Below are positions 1 to 10,344 of a DNA stretch of 64,000 bases, in pieces. Made by a program: the position numbers and the translations under genes. Source of the stretch: an uncultured Actinomycetota bacterium (GTDB lineage Bacteria; Actinomycetota; Actinomycetes; Propionibacteriales; Propionibacteriaceae). The stretch covers positions 40,306-104,305 of the forward strand of contig CAWBUC010000020.1 in assembly GCA_963791865.1 (NCBI GenBank), in the 5' to 3' direction. Each line of letters starts with the position of its first letter. Position 1 is the first letter of the stretch. The notes under the pieces were generated by a model. That model had not been told where the DNA came from. It ran no database searches and saw only the letters and a program-made list of their open reading frames with translations.

Positions 1-459
1 AGCGAAGAGATCGAGATCGGCCTGCGCGTCCAGGAACTGCCGCGCCGCTCGGGCCCGCAGGAAGAAACGGATCCGGGCCGGCAACCAGATCACCAGCAAG
101 ACCAGGACCGGGATCAAGAACACCAGCCAGCCCAGCAGCAGCCCGGTCCGCTCGATGCTGGCGACCTGCTCGTCCGCGGCCGAGATGACGCCCTGCAGCG
201 AGCCCGCGGCGTCGTCGAGCGGTTTTCGGAGCTCGCCGCCGAGCCCCGGCACTCGGCCCGCCTGTTCAGCGGCTGCACGCACCTGATCGGACAGCTGACG
301 AGTCGCGTCGCCGGTGCTACGGGCCGGCGCCGCCACGGCGTCGACGCTACGTTCGGTGGCGCGTCCGGCGAACCACCACAGCACGACCCAGCCGATCATG
401 AACAGATCGGCGGTCAGTTGACCGATCAGCCGCCGCGGCCTCCGCGCGTAGAAGCTCAT
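1..459 (-). CDS. Conserved actinobacterial membrane protein (partial, runs off the left edge)
   Basis: Read manually from ATG at 459: MSFYARRPRRLIGQLTADLFMIGWVVLWW...LLLGWLVFLIPVLVLLVIWLPARIRF. Two hydrophobic segments; not in the ORF track. Confidence 0.75.
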   Translation of the reverse strand, partial: MSFYARRPRRLIGQLTADLFMIGWVVLWWFAGRATERSVDAVAAPARSTGDATRQLSDQVRAAAEQAGRVPGLGGELRKPLDDAAGSLQGVISAADEQVASIERTGLLLGWLVFLIPVLVLLVIWLPARIRFFLRARAARQFLDAQADLDLFA

Positions 460-2557
460 GTCGGCTGACCCTACGACGGGAGAGGCCGTGGCCGGGGCCG
501 ATCGGTACTCCGGTCTGACGAGCCGCCGTGACAAGATGGGGCAGATGCGCCAAAGACCCCCACACCGTCGCTGGCGGCGGGCCACGGCGGCGGCGTGTTT
601 TGGGGCGTGTCTCGGCGCCGTGTTGCTGGCCGGCTGCAGCTGGGACGGCACACTTCCCACCCCGGACCCAACCGATGACCCCGATCGTGCCGCCGCCGAG
701 CTCGCCGGTGGCCTGGCGAAGCGTGATCTGACCAACGTCGAGTTCGCGGGCGCGGCTGGTGCGGCCGTGAACGCCGAGTTCCAGCCGCTGGTCTCCGGGA
801 TGGCGCAACTCAAGCCACGGGTGAGCGTGGCGGGCGTCGCCGTGCAGGGCGATGCGGCCACGGTCACACTCACCTACTCCTGGACCTTTCCCGGGGTGTC
901 CGCCGCGTGGGGATACCGGACCACCGCGTCGCTACGCCAAGAGGGAGGCCGCTGGCGCAGCAGCTGGGCACCGAGCGTCGTCCATCCGAAGCTGGACGGT
1001 AGCAACCGGCTCAGTCAACGTCGGCTGGCCGCGCCGCGCGGGGAGCTGCTCGGCGACCGCGGCGAGGCGATCATGATCCCGCGACCGGTCGTACGGATCG
1101 GAATCGACAAGACGGCTCTGAAGGCGACCGAGTTGACCGCGTCGGCCACCCGGTTGGCCCGACTGGTCGAGATCGACGCGAAGCGCTACACGAAGGAAGT
1201 CGCCGACGCCGGACCGGAGGCGTTCGTAGAGGCGATCGTGCTGCGGGCCGAGGACGAGGACCGACCGCCCAACTCGGCAGTGAAGGCGATTCCGGGTGCC
1301 TTGCCGATCGAGGACGACCAGGTCCTGGCCCCGACCCGGGACTTCGCCAGGCCGGTCGTTGGCACCGTCGGCGAGGCGTCCAAGGAGATCGTGGACTCCT
1401 CCGGCGGTGCCGTTGTCTCCGGAGATCAGGTCGGCCTCTCGGGCCTGCAGCGCCGTTACGACCGGCAGCTCCGCGGAGCGCCCGGGGTTCAGGTCCGGCT
1501 GCTTCCTCCTCGCCCCAGCTCGAGTGCGAGTGCGTCACCGGGCTCGAGCTCCCCTCCAAACCCCACGCCCAGCCCCACGCCCAGCCCGAGTGCGTCGCCC
1601 CGAGCACCGGAAACGGTCTTCGAGGCCAAACCGGTGCCGGGCAAGGATCTGACCATCACGCTCAGCGTCCCGCTGCAGTCGCTGGCCGAACGGACCCTTG
1701 CCCGTACGAGGCCGGCGGCAGCTCTGGTGGCGATCCGACCATCGACCGGTGCAGTGATCGCGGCCGCCAACAACGCCGGCACCGAGGGCTACTCGGTGGC
1801 AACCGTCGGACAGGCCCCACCGGGCTCGACGTTCAAGGTGGCGACGACGCTGGCTCTGCTCCGAGCGGGTCTTCGGCCTTCGTCGCCGGTCAGCTGTCCC
1901 GCCCGCCTGGTCGTCGACGGCAAGCAGTTCGTGAACTACAGCGACTACCCGAGCAGCGCGCTCGGCACGATCGATCTGCAGACGGCGGTCGCGCAGTCGT
2001 GCAACACCGCCTTCATCGGTCAGCGGGACAAGATCGCCCCCGGGGCGTTGCTCGAAGCCGCTAGCTCTCTCGGACTGGGCACCGACTATGACGTCGGCTT
2101 CTCCTCCTATTTCGGCTCGGTACCGACCAACGACACCGGTCCCGCGGAGGCAGCGGCCCTCATCGGGCAGGGCGAGGTGTTGGCGTCACCGCTGGCCATG
2201 GCCACCGTCGTCGGATCGGTCGCCGGCGCCCGTACGGTGCTGCCCTACCTGGTCGAGGAGACCAAGGCCACCGCGAAGGCCAAGCCGCTCACCGCGGCTG
2301 AGGCGGCCAGCCTGCGGTCGATGATGCGCGCGGTGGTGACCCAGGGCAGCGGCCAGGTGCTGGAGGATCTCCCTGGCCCCGCCGTGATCGCCAAGACCGG
2401 GACGGCGGAGTACGGCAATGACGAACCGCGCCGTACGCACACCTGGATGATCGCCGCCCAGGGCGACCTCGCGGTCGCGGTCTTCGTGCAGGACGGGGAG
2501 TCGGGGTCGCAGACCGCGGGCCCCTTACTCCGAGCCTTCCTGGCCGGGGCTCGCTGA
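458..2557 (+). CDS. Penicillin-binding protein (transpeptidase with NTF2-like N-terminal region), probable lipoprotein; true start likely near 536
   Basis: Motifs GSTFK (SxxK), SCN (SxN) and KTG; LLAGC lipobox-like sequence. Confidence 0.9.
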   Translation: MSADPTTGEAVAGADRYSGLTSRRDKMGQMRQRPPHRRWRRATAAACFGACLGAVLLAGCSWDGTLPTPDPTDDPDRAAAELAGGLAKRDLTNVEFAGAAGAAVNAEFQPLVSGMAQLKPRVSVAGVAVQGDAATVTLTYSWTFPGVSAAWGYRTTASLRQEGGRWRSSWAPSVVHPKLDGSNRLSQRRLAAPRGELLGDRGEAIMIPRPVVRIGIDKTALKATELTASATRLARLVEIDAKRYTKEVADAGPEAFVEAIVLRAEDEDRPPNSAVKAIPGALPIEDDQVLAPTRDFARPVVGTVGEASKEIVDSSGGAVVSGDQVGLSGLQRRYDRQLRGAPGVQVRLLPPRPSSSASASPGSSSPPNPTPSPTPSPSASPRAPETVFEAKPVPGKDLTITLSVPLQSLAERTLARTRPAAALVAIRPSTGAVIAAANNAGTEGYSVATVGQAPPGSTFKVATTLALLRAGLRPSSPVSCPARLVVDGKQFVNYSDYPSSALGTIDLQTAVAQSCNTAFIGQRDKIAPGALLEAASSLGLGTDYDVGFSSYFGSVPTNDTGPAEAAALIGQGEVLASPLAMATVVGSVAGARTVLPYLVEETKATAKAKPLTAAEAASLRSMMRAVVTQGSGQVLEDLPGPAVIAKTGTAEYGNDEPRRTHTWMIAAQGDLAVAVFVQDGESGSQTAGPLLRAFLAGAR

Positions 2558-2596
2558 GGATACGATGCGGCCATCCCGGCGAGCGACGAGGAGATC

Positions 2597-4936
2597 GTGG
2601 CAGGCAACGCGGTGATCCGCCGGCTGGAGAATATTGACCCCGAGCACTTCGGGCTGTACCGCGGCGTGCGCACGGCTATCGCCGCCACCGTCATGCTGGT
2701 GTTCGGCTTGCTGGTAGGGAATCCGCAAGTCGCCCTCATTGGCGTCTTCGGCGCGGTCGCCACCTTGTTGTTCGTCGAGTTTCCCGGCAACCGCGCGGCC
2801 AGGTGGGCCGGCTACGGCATGCTCGGCTTCTTCGGTCTCTTCCTCATCGGCCTGGGCACGTTGGCCTCAACGAACGTCGTCTTGTCCGTCGCCGGCATGG
2901 CCGTGTTCGGTTTCGTGATCCTTTTCGCCGGCGTGCTCAGCGCGGGTGCCGCTGCCGCGGGCCGCGCGGCGATTCTGCTGTTCCTGCTGCCGGTCATGGT
3001 TCCGGGACCTCCTTCCGACATCCCGCCGCGGCTCCTCGGCTGGATCCTCGGGTGGGCGTTGTCGGTCGCTCTGTCGATGTTCTTGTGGCCGCGACGGGAC
3101 TTCGACAATCTGCGAGCCGCCGTGGCTGGGGCCTGCCGCGCGACAGCGCGGGCCATCTCGGGGCCGTCGGCCCAGAACGATCCAGGCCAGAACGATCCGG
3201 CTCAGCTGGATAAGCTCCAGCAAGCGTCCCTGGACGCGATGACCGATCTGCGAAAGGCGTTTCGCGCCAGCACGTCGCGTCCCGTCGGCCTCTCGGCCGG
3301 GGGACGGCTGCTGGGGCGGACCATCAACGACCTGGAATCGCTGTTCATCGATACGCGGGACATCGACGGTGCCACTGGACAGGCCGCAACCGTCGTTCCG
3401 ATGGAAGTTGCGGCGGTCGCCGAAGCTTCCGCCGATGTCCTGGACGCGGCCGCCGACGCGTTGGACACGCCGGCGCAGACCAACCTCCAGCGGCTCGAGG
3501 CCAGCATCACCACCTTGGGCCGCGTTCGGGAACAGGCGCTGAACTCCTGGCTCGTCTCGGTGCTCGAGCGAGGTCAACCGCAGACGAGCGCAGGGACTGA
3601 GCGGATGCACGGCCTGGGCTACTCGACCGACCTTGTCGGGCGCCACGTCGCGGCGTCCATCGACGCCGACGCCCGGCCGGTGATCGACAAGTTGCTCGGT
3701 CGCGGAACAACCGTCGTGGCCGCCAGCCCGATATCGGCCATCGAACGCCTCACTCGCTATCACCTGTCCTGGCGCTCGGTGTGGTTCCACAACAGTCTGC
3801 GAGGAGCTCTCGGCCTGGCTCTGGCGGTCCTGGTCGCCCAGCTTCTCGATGTCCAACACGGATTCTGGGTGGGTCTCGGCACGTTGTCGGTGCTGCGCTC
3901 CACCGCTTCGAATACGGGCTCCACCGCTCTGCGCGCAGTGCTCGGTACGACCGCCGGGGTCATCGTGGCGGCGCCGATCATGGTGCTGCTGGGCGACGGT
4001 CCTGGGCTCTGGGTAGCCCTCCCGGTCTTCATGTTTCTGGCCGGCTTCGCGACCGCAGCCTTGCCGTTGGCCGTAGGGCAAGGTGCCTTCTCGGCGGCGG
4101 TATTGGTTTTGTTCGCGCTGCTGGACCCGGGAAGCCCGCCGATCGGACTGATCCGGATCGAGGATGTCGCTCTCGGCGGCCTCACGGGTGTCGTCGTCGG
4201 TCTGCTCTTGTGGCCGCGGGGAGCGGCGGCGGAAATCCGGCGGGCGACGGCCGAGGCCTACCGGGCCGGAGCGCGACTGCTCGACCACGCGGTAGCGCGG
4301 ATCGTGGCACCGACCGAAGATCCCGAAACGCAAGCGAAGCCGGTCGATCTGGCGGAGGTTCGCGGAAACGCTATTCGGCTGGACGATGCCCTGCGGCAGT
4401 ACCTGGCCGACCGGGGCGGCAAGTCCGGTCGGATCGACGATCTGGTCCTGGTCTGCGTCGGGGCCGAACGACTCCGGCTGAGCGGTGAGGCGATTGCCGA
4501 AGTTGGGAGCGGGCCGGGGCACGCCGAGGCGCCGCCCGCCGAACTCGGCGCTCTGGTCCGCCGGCGCACCACCGAACTGACGAACTGGCAGACCAGGCTG
4601 GCTGACGCCTTGGAGGACGGCGCGGGGGAACAGCCGGTCGCCATCCCCGACCCGCCGCCAGCCGACCTGGGAGCCCAGGTGTTGGGCTGGGTCAACCAGC
4701 ATCCGCACGAGGCGAGAGCCGCGCTCACGGCCGCCCCCGATCCGCGGGCGGCCAGCGCGAGCCGGGCCGCTTCGTTGGGCACGGCCGAGACGCCGAGCCC
4801 CCTGCTGTGGGCGGCCATTCACCTCGACCACGTGGCTCGGATCCAGGTTCGGGTGCAGCCCCGGGTCTCGGGAATTCTGCCGACGCCGGCGCAGGCCCCG
4901 CCCCGACGCGCACAGGTGTCACCCGTCGCGAGCTAG
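2597..4936 (+). CDS. FUSC-family (aromatic acid exporter-like) membrane protein
   Basis: Two multi-TM blocks with typical segments NSLRGALGLALAV, HGFWVGLGTLSVLR, RIEDVALG and LLWPR. Confidence 0.85.
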   Translation: MAGNAVIRRLENIDPEHFGLYRGVRTAIAATVMLVFGLLVGNPQVALIGVFGAVATLLFVEFPGNRAARWAGYGMLGFFGLFLIGLGTLASTNVVLSVAGMAVFGFVILFAGVLSAGAAAAGRAAILLFLLPVMVPGPPSDIPPRLLGWILGWALSVALSMFLWPRRDFDNLRAAVAGACRATARAISGPSAQNDPGQNDPAQLDKLQQASLDAMTDLRKAFRASTSRPVGLSAGGRLLGRTINDLESLFIDTRDIDGATGQAATVVPMEVAAVAEASADVLDAAADALDTPAQTNLQRLEASITTLGRVREQALNSWLVSVLERGQPQTSAGTERMHGLGYSTDLVGRHVAASIDADARPVIDKLLGRGTTVVAASPISAIERLTRYHLSWRSVWFHNSLRGALGLALAVLVAQLLDVQHGFWVGLGTLSVLRSTASNTGSTALRAVLGTTAGVIVAAPIMVLLGDGPGLWVALPVFMFLAGFATAALPLAVGQGAFSAAVLVLFALLDPGSPPIGLIRIEDVALGGLTGVVVGLLLWPRGAAAEIRRATAEAYRAGARLLDHAVARIVAPTEDPETQAKPVDLAEVRGNAIRLDDALRQYLADRGGKSGRIDDLVLVCVGAERLRLSGEAIAEVGSGPGHAEAPPAELGALVRRRTTELTNWQTRLADALEDGAGEQPVAIPDPPPADLGAQVLGWVNQHPHEARAALTAAPDPRAASASRAASLGTAETPSPLLWAAIHLDHVARIQVRVQPRVSGILPTPAQAPPRRAQVSPVAS

Positions 4937-6057
4937 GCGACCGAGCCCGGCCTTACTCGCCAGCCGTCGGCGCTTCCGTCGATCAGGTCGGCCCGCTCCA
5001 GTTCGGCCAGTTGCGCCAGGCAGGTCGGCAGTGAGACGCCGGCCACCATCGCGATCTCTCCCGCACTGACGCGTCGTCGGGCGGGGATCGCCTCGTAGAC
5101 GGCCAGCCGCGTGGCGTCAAAGCTGTCAGTCTCGCGGGCGGCGCCTGACCGGGTCGGCGAGGTGTGTTGACCTGCGGGTGAAATCATCTCGAGCACGTCC
5201 TCAGCACTGGTGACCAGCATCGCCTGACCGTTGCGGATCAGCAGGTGCGGCGCCTCCGACAGGGCCGAGTCGATCGGTCCGGGCACGGCCATCACCGGAC
5301 GGTGACAACCCAGCGCCCAGCTTGCGGTGTTGCGGGCGCCCGAGCGCAGCGCGGCCTCCACGACAACGGTCCCCAGCGACAGAGCGGCGATCAATCGGTT
5401 GCGGGAGAGGAAGCGCATCCGCGTCGGGGTCGTGCCGGGCGGTAGTTCCGAGACGAGGAGTCCGTCTCCGGCCAGGCGATCCAGGATGGCCGCGTTTCCC
5501 CGCGGATAGGCCACATCGACCCCGTTGGCCAGAACGCAAATTGTCCGACCCTGTACCGCGAGGGCACCGCGATGGGCCGCCACGTCGATCCCGTACGCTC
5601 CGCCGGACACGACAGCCACTCCGGACTCGGCCAGGTCGGCCGCCATGTCGGTGGCCACCCCACTGCCGTACGCCGAGCACGCCCGGGAACCGACGAGGGA
5701 GACCGAGCGCTCCAGCCCGCTCCTCAGATGGACCGGCCCTCGCAGCCAGAGACCGAAGGGCACGCCGCCTCGGCGCTGTACGGAGTCACAGAACCGCAGG
5801 GCGGTCAACGACTCGGGCCATTCGTCGTCGCCGGGGATCACGAACCGTGCGCCGCAGGACTCGGCGAGAGCCAGGGTCGGCGACAGGTCGGCCTCGGTCG
5901 CGCGGGTGGCGGCCGCAGGACCGAACTCACCCGCGAGCACGCGATCCCAGGCGGCGCTTCCACCCTCGAGCGTCGTGACTTCGCTCACGGCCGGCTCGCC
6001 GCCCTCCACCGCAAGGCTCAGGGCCAGTCGCGCGCTGCGTTCGGACCACCCGGTCAC
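4933..6057 (-). CDS. dprA: DNA-processing protein DprA
   Basis: VGSRACSAYG, VVSGGAYGID, RFLSRNRLIAALS and VVEAALRSGA motifs; C-terminal winged helix; follows yraN-comM. Confidence 0.95.
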   Translation of the reverse strand: MTGWSERSARLALSLAVEGGEPAVSEVTTLEGGSAAWDRVLAGEFGPAAATRATEADLSPTLALAESCGARFVIPGDDEWPESLTALRFCDSVQRRGGVPFGLWLRGPVHLRSGLERSVSLVGSRACSAYGSGVATDMAADLAESGVAVVSGGAYGIDVAAHRGALAVQGRTICVLANGVDVAYPRGNAAILDRLAGDGLLVSELPPGTTPTRMRFLSRNRLIAALSLGTVVVEAALRSGARNTASWALGCHRPVMAVPGPIDSALSEAPHLLIRNGQAMLVTSAEDVLEMISPAGQHTSPTRSGAARETDSFDATRLAVYEAIPARRRVSAGEIAMVAGVSLPTCLAQLAELERADLIDGSADGWRVRPGSVA

Positions 6058-7640
6058 GAGACGACCCGAATCTGAGTGGCCGACGCCTCACCGCGCCGCA
6101 TGGCGACCGCCGCGGACAGTTCGTCCACGCTCGGTCGCGACCGGCCCGCCAGATCGGCGAGGGACCAGGCCAGCCGCAGCACCTTGTCGACGCCGCGGGG
6201 GCTGAGCCGGCCACGGTGCACGGCGTCGTCCACGAGTTCCACCCGGTCAGGGAGCGGAAGGTGCTTGCGGAGGTACGGACCGGGCACCTCGCCGTTGGTC
6301 TGCCAGCCGCTGTCGCGCAGTCGGAAGGCCTGGCGGGCTCGAGCTTCCGCCACGCGCCCCGCGACCACCGCCGACGACTCGACCTGGGTCAGCGCACCAG
6401 CCAAGAACGACTTCCGCAGCGGCCGCAGCGTCTGGGTGATGTCGATGCGGTCGCGGATCGGGCCCGAGATCCGGTCCGCATAGCGCCGGATGGATATCGG
6501 CGGGCACGTGCACTGCATGCCCTTGGTCGCCGCCAGGCCGCACGGGCACGGATTGGCGGCCAGCACAAGCTGAAACCTGGCGGGATAGCGGGCCTGGGCC
6601 TCGCTCCGCCCGAGGCTGATCATCCCCGACTCGAGGGGTGTACGCAGCGCCTCCAACACTCGCGGCGGGAACTCGGGCGCCTCGTCCAAGAACAGGACAC
6701 CCCTGTGTGCGCACGAAATCGCTCCGGGTCGTGCCAGACGCGGCCCGCCACCGACGACGCTGGCGATGGAGGCCGAATGGTGCGGGTCGGCGTAGGGCGG
6801 ACGCGTGATGAGACCCTCGGACAGGTCGACCCCGGCCAGTGAGTGCACCGCGGAAACCTCCAGCGACTCCGTCAGCTCGAGATCGGGCAACAGGGTTGGC
6901 AGGCGCTCGGCGAGCATGGTCTTGCCCACCCCGGGTGGACCGCTGAACAACACGTGATGGCGTCCGGCCGCTGCCACCTCGAGCGCCCACTTGGCCTCGA
7001 CCTGCCCGACCACGTCGGCGAGATCCAGGTGGCGAGAGCGTTGGTGGCCGGCCCGAACGCCGGCCGGCAGCATAAGGTCGTCCGGTGGGGCCGCCGAGTC
7101 ATCAGCCTCGCCGACCTCGGGTATCGGCTCGTGACGCATGAAGGCCACCAGCTGGCGAAGGGAGCCGACGCCGATGATGTCGATGTCGGAAACCAACTGG
7201 GCTTCGGGCGCCTGCCGGAGCGGAACGATGGCCCGCGAGAACCCCGACTGGGCAGCGGTCAGCACTGCGGGCAGGATGCCGCGGACCGGCCGCACCCGTC
7301 CGTCCAGTCCGAGTTCGCCGAGCAGGACGGTGCGCGCCAACTCGACCTCTCCGAAGACCTCGGCGGCCGAAAGCACGGCGGCGACGATCGCGAGGTCATA
7401 GGTGCTGCCCGCCTTCGGGAGCGTCGCCGGCGACAAGTTGATGGTCAGCAGAGAGGACGGCCAGCTTTCGCCGGAATTGGCGACGGCCGCCTTGCACCGG
7501 TCCCGCGCCTCGTACAGCGAGGCGTCCGGCAACCCCACCAGGACGGTCCGCGGCAATCCCGAGCCGATGTGTGCTTCCACCTCGACCAGCCGGCCCTCCA
7601 GACCGACGAGAGCCACCGACCAACTCTTGGCCAGGTTCAC
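6054..7640 (-). CDS. comM: YifB/ComM Mg-chelatase-like AAA+ ATPase
   Basis: VGLPD, INLSPA, GELGLDG, Walker A GPPGVGKT, AHRGVLFLDE and NPCPCG; GTG start at 7640 overlaps the yraN stop. Confidence 0.93.
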   Translation of the reverse strand: MNLAKSWSVALVGLEGRLVEVEAHIGSGLPRTVLVGLPDASLYEARDRCKAAVANSGESWPSSLLTINLSPATLPKAGSTYDLAIVAAVLSAAEVFGEVELARTVLLGELGLDGRVRPVRGILPAVLTAAQSGFSRAIVPLRQAPEAQLVSDIDIIGVGSLRQLVAFMRHEPIPEVGEADDSAAPPDDLMLPAGVRAGHQRSRHLDLADVVGQVEAKWALEVAAAGRHHVLFSGPPGVGKTMLAERLPTLLPDLELTESLEVSAVHSLAGVDLSEGLITRPPYADPHHSASIASVVGGGPRLARPGAISCAHRGVLFLDEAPEFPPRVLEALRTPLESGMISLGRSEAQARYPARFQLVLAANPCPCGLAATKGMQCTCPPISIRRYADRISGPIRDRIDITQTLRPLRKSFLAGALTQVESSAVVAGRVAEARARQAFRLRDSGWQTNGEVPGPYLRKHLPLPDRVELVDDAVHRGRLSPRGVDKVLRLAWSLADLAGRSRPSVDELSAAVAMRRGEASATQIRVVS

Positions 7641-8014
7641 CCGATCCCCCGCACGTGCGTCAGCCGTGGCGGTTGGCCGGCCAACATGACCACGCCCATT
7701 GCGTCGATCCGGATGGCTTCCGGCTTGTCGTCCGAACCTGCCAACCATTCCCCCGCCAGCTGGCGCAGCTTGCGCAGCTTCGCGTACGTGATGGCCTCGA
7801 GCGGATCGCCGAAACCCAGCCCGGTGCGACACTTCACCTCGCAGAAGACGACCGTGCGGCGGCCGTGGTCCAGCTCCTCAGCGACGATGTCGATCTCGCC
7901 GACGGCGCACTGCCAGTTGCGTTCGAGCACCACCATCCCCTGCCGCTCGAGCTCGGCCGCCGCGAGATCCTCGCCCTGCTCCCCGACCTGTCGACGCGTT
8001 CGCAACTCGCCCAT
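7637..8014 (-). CDS. yraN: YraN-family endonuclease
   Basis: GE..A..L, ERNW..GEIDIVA, VFCEVK.R and IRIDA motifs; canonical position. Confidence 0.93.
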   Translation of the reverse strand: MGELRTRRQVGEQGEDLAAAELERQGMVVLERNWQCAVGEIDIVAEELDHGRRTVVFCEVKCRTGLGFGDPLEAITYAKLRKLRQLAGEWLAGSDDKPEAIRIDAMGVVMLAGQPPRLTHVRGIG

Positions 8015-8167
8015 CCACCCACCTCCGTACTGATTCTGCGGATGGACGGCGAAATCATGCGCGTGTGCGCGCCGCCTGTGGAGACGGCTGCCTGAGTGTT
8101 GTGGACAACCTCAGCAGTGGGTTCTCGATCGGCTTCGCCCGCCACCCCGCTCCGCCACGCCGTCAAC

Positions 8168-8223
8168 CAACTGCTGGGTTGGGACAGCTTTCAGCCGAAA
8201 ACCATGTCCCAACCCAGCAGTTG
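8168..8223. repeat. Perfect 19-bp-arm palindrome upstream of the DUF559-like gene
   Basis: CAACTGCTGGGTTGGGACA-N18-TGTCCCAACCCAGCAGTTG. Confidence 0.9.
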
Positions 8224-8309
8224 CTTTGGCCCGGTGGAAAAGCCGGAGCCTGATCCACAGGCGGCACGCACGAGCGGCGCGTCTGAGCCAACCTAGACAG
8301 ACTCCGAGT

Positions 8310-9227
8310 GTGACGACACCAGTGTTGGGCAAGCAGCGGCTGGCCGGCTCGACACGATGGTCCCGCGGCTTGTACGTGCCGACGGCGACGCGGACGAGCA
8401 GCCGGGATCTGGCGGCTTGGAGTCTGCTTCTACCGGCGGGTGCGGCCTTCACCCACCTCACCGCGGCCCGACAGTTCGGCTGGTGGCTGCCCGAACAGGT
8501 GCCTCAGCCGATCTTCGTCGCGGCTCGCGAGGACGTGACGATTCCCGTACGGCCAGAGCTGTTGATCAGCCGCCACCCGCGGCCCCTGCCGGTGACCGTG
8601 GTCGACGGCGTTCGGCTGACCACACCGGCGGAGACGCTCCTGGCGGCGGCCCGTGACCTCGGGGTCCTCGATCTGGTGATCATGGGCGACAGCGCCCTGC
8701 GCTTGGAGCACTGCAGCGTCGATGATCTCTGGGCGGCGGCCCGCCAGCGGCGCCGCGGCGTAAGGATGCTGCGCACGGTCATCCCGCTGCTGGATCCCCG
8801 CAGTGAGTCGGCGTGGGAGTCGGTGATGCGGGTCCTGCACCAGGCGGCCGACATCGACGTCGATCCGCAGTACGAGATCTTCGACCACCGGGATCGCTTC
8901 ATCGCCCGGTCCGACCTGTGGATCAGGGGAACGCGTCGGATCCACGAGTACGACGGCGGCGGTCACCGCGACGTCGAGGTCCACGTCTCCGACCTCGACC
9001 GGGACGCTCGCCTGGTCGAGAACGACTGGCAACGAATCGGCTTCACCGCCCGAACCCTGCTGCGTCACGGCGGCTCGATCATCGCCTCGGTCGACCGCCT
9101 GCTGGATCGCCCATGGGACCCGAGCCGCCTCCGGCGCTGGAACCACCTGGTCGCCGAATCCCTGTTCGGGCCGGTTGGTCGCGCCCGGGTCCGCCGGAAC
9201 TGGCAGCGGGCCCTCTCCGAACACTAA
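8310..9227 (+). CDS. AbiEi/DUF559-like protein with a C-terminal Vsr-like PD-(D/E)xK nuclease domain (start uncertain)
   Basis: FTHLTAA, LTTPAETLL, ESAWESVMRV, DLW..HEYDG..H and DLDRD..L..W..I.FT motifs; opposite strand to the surrounding operon. Confidence 0.8.
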   Translation: MTTPVLGKQRLAGSTRWSRGLYVPTATRTSSRDLAAWSLLLPAGAAFTHLTAARQFGWWLPEQVPQPIFVAAREDVTIPVRPELLISRHPRPLPVTVVDGVRLTTPAETLLAAARDLGVLDLVIMGDSALRLEHCSVDDLWAAARQRRRGVRMLRTVIPLLDPRSESAWESVMRVLHQAADIDVDPQYEIFDHRDRFIARSDLWIRGTRRIHEYDGGGHRDVEVHVSDLDRDARLVENDWQRIGFTARTLLRHGGSIIASVDRLLDRPWDPSRLRRWNHLVAESLFGPVGRARVRRNWQRALSEH

Positions 9228-9281
9228 GTGTTGGGTCGGGACACGCGTCGTCGCCGAAATCATGTCCCAAGCCAACAGTTG
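9225..9281. repeat. Imperfect palindrome related to the one at 8168-8223
   Basis: TAAGTGTTGGGTCGGGACA-N19-TGTCCCAAGCCAACAGTTG; loop also shares GCCGAAA..CA. Confidence 0.85.
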
Positions 9282-9298
9282 GCGGGAGAACTCAGCGG

Positions 9299-9613
9299 CT
9301 ATTCGACGGTCTTGGGGACCTCGAGGTCGCTGTGGGCGATCTCCTCGATGGAGACGTCGCGGAAGGTGAGCACCTTCGCGCTCTTCACGAAGCGGGCGGG
9401 GCGGTACATGTCCCACACCCAGGCGTCGGCCATGGACACCTCGTAGTACACGTCGCCGCCTTCGGTGCGCACCTTGAGGTCAACGGCGTTGCACAGGTAG
9501 AAGCGCCGCTCGGTCTCCACCGCGTAGGTGAAGATGCCGACGACATCCTTGTACTCCCGATAGAGCTGAAGCTCCAGCTCGCTCTCGTACTGCTCGAGGT
9601 CTTCGGTGCTCAT
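9299..9613 (-). CDS. DUF2469 family protein
   Basis: MSTEDLEQYESELELQLYREYKD...DAWVWDMYRPARFVK; conserved gene after rnhB in actinobacteria. Confidence 0.93.
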   Translation of the reverse strand: MSTEDLEQYESELELQLYREYKDVVGIFTYAVETERRFYLCNAVDLKVRTEGGDVYYEVSMADAWVWDMYRPARFVKSAKVLTFRDVSIEEIAHSDLEVPKTVE

Positions 9614-10344
9614 TCGCCCATGGCCTTCATGACACTGCTCGCCGCAGGGGCCGGCGCTCGCTCCGCTCGCAAACTCTCATCGGCCTCGACTTTAGTCGTT
9701 CGCCGTACGTTCACGAACCGCATCCGGTGGGTGGCCGACGGTCCGTAGCGGTCGAGCCGCTCCTGATGCAGATCGGTGCAATAGCCCTTGTGGATCGAGA
9801 AGGCATATTCGGGGTAACGCTCATCCAGCTCGCACATGATCTTGTCCCGGGTGACCTTGGCGATGATCGACGCCGCGGCGACGCAGGCCGCCACCCGGTC
9901 CCCCTTCCAGATGGCCAGTCCCGGGACGCCGAGCCCGTCGACCCCGAAACCGTCCGTCAGCACGTACGTCGGCGGCACCTCGAGGCGCAGCAAAGCTCGC
10001 CGTAGGGCCAGCACGTTGGCGACGTGCATGCCGAGCCGGTCGCATTCCTCCGGCTCGATGACCACGACCGACCACGCCTCGGCCTTCGCGGTGATTTCCC
10101 CGTAGGCGCGCTCCCGCTGGAGGGCCGTAAGCAACTTTGAATCCCGCAAGCCTCCGATCTGTCGCGACTTGGCGTCCGACAGCACGGCTGCGGCCGCCAC
10201 CAGGGGTCCGGCGCAGGCCCCCCGCCCGGCCTCGTCGGCCCCGGCGACCGGGTCGAGCCCAACCCGTTTCAACGCCCGCTCGTAGCCGTAGAGGCCGCTG
10301 TTACGGCGGACCTGAACGGCCCGCAGGTCCTCCGGTGAGCCCAT
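9610..10344 (-). CDS. rnhB: Ribonuclease HII
   Basis: GADEAGRGACAGP, DSKLL, KGD..AAASIIAKVTRD and HKGY motifs. Confidence 0.96.
   Translation of the reverse strand: MGSPEDLRAVQVRRNSGLYGYERALKRVGLDPVAGADEAGRGACAGPLVAAAAVLSDAKSRQIGGLRDSKLLTALQRERAYGEITAKAEAWSVVVIEPEECDRLGMHVANVLALRRALLRLEVPPTYVLTDGFGVDGLGVPGLAIWKGDRVAACVAAASIIAKVTRDKIMCELDERYPEYAFSIHKGYCTDLHQERLDRYGPSATHRMRFVNVRRTTKVEADESLRAERAPAPAASSVMKAMGE

Noticed and set aside
4933-8014. dprA-comM-yraN as a new system
   Set aside because: This is a well-known conserved cluster.
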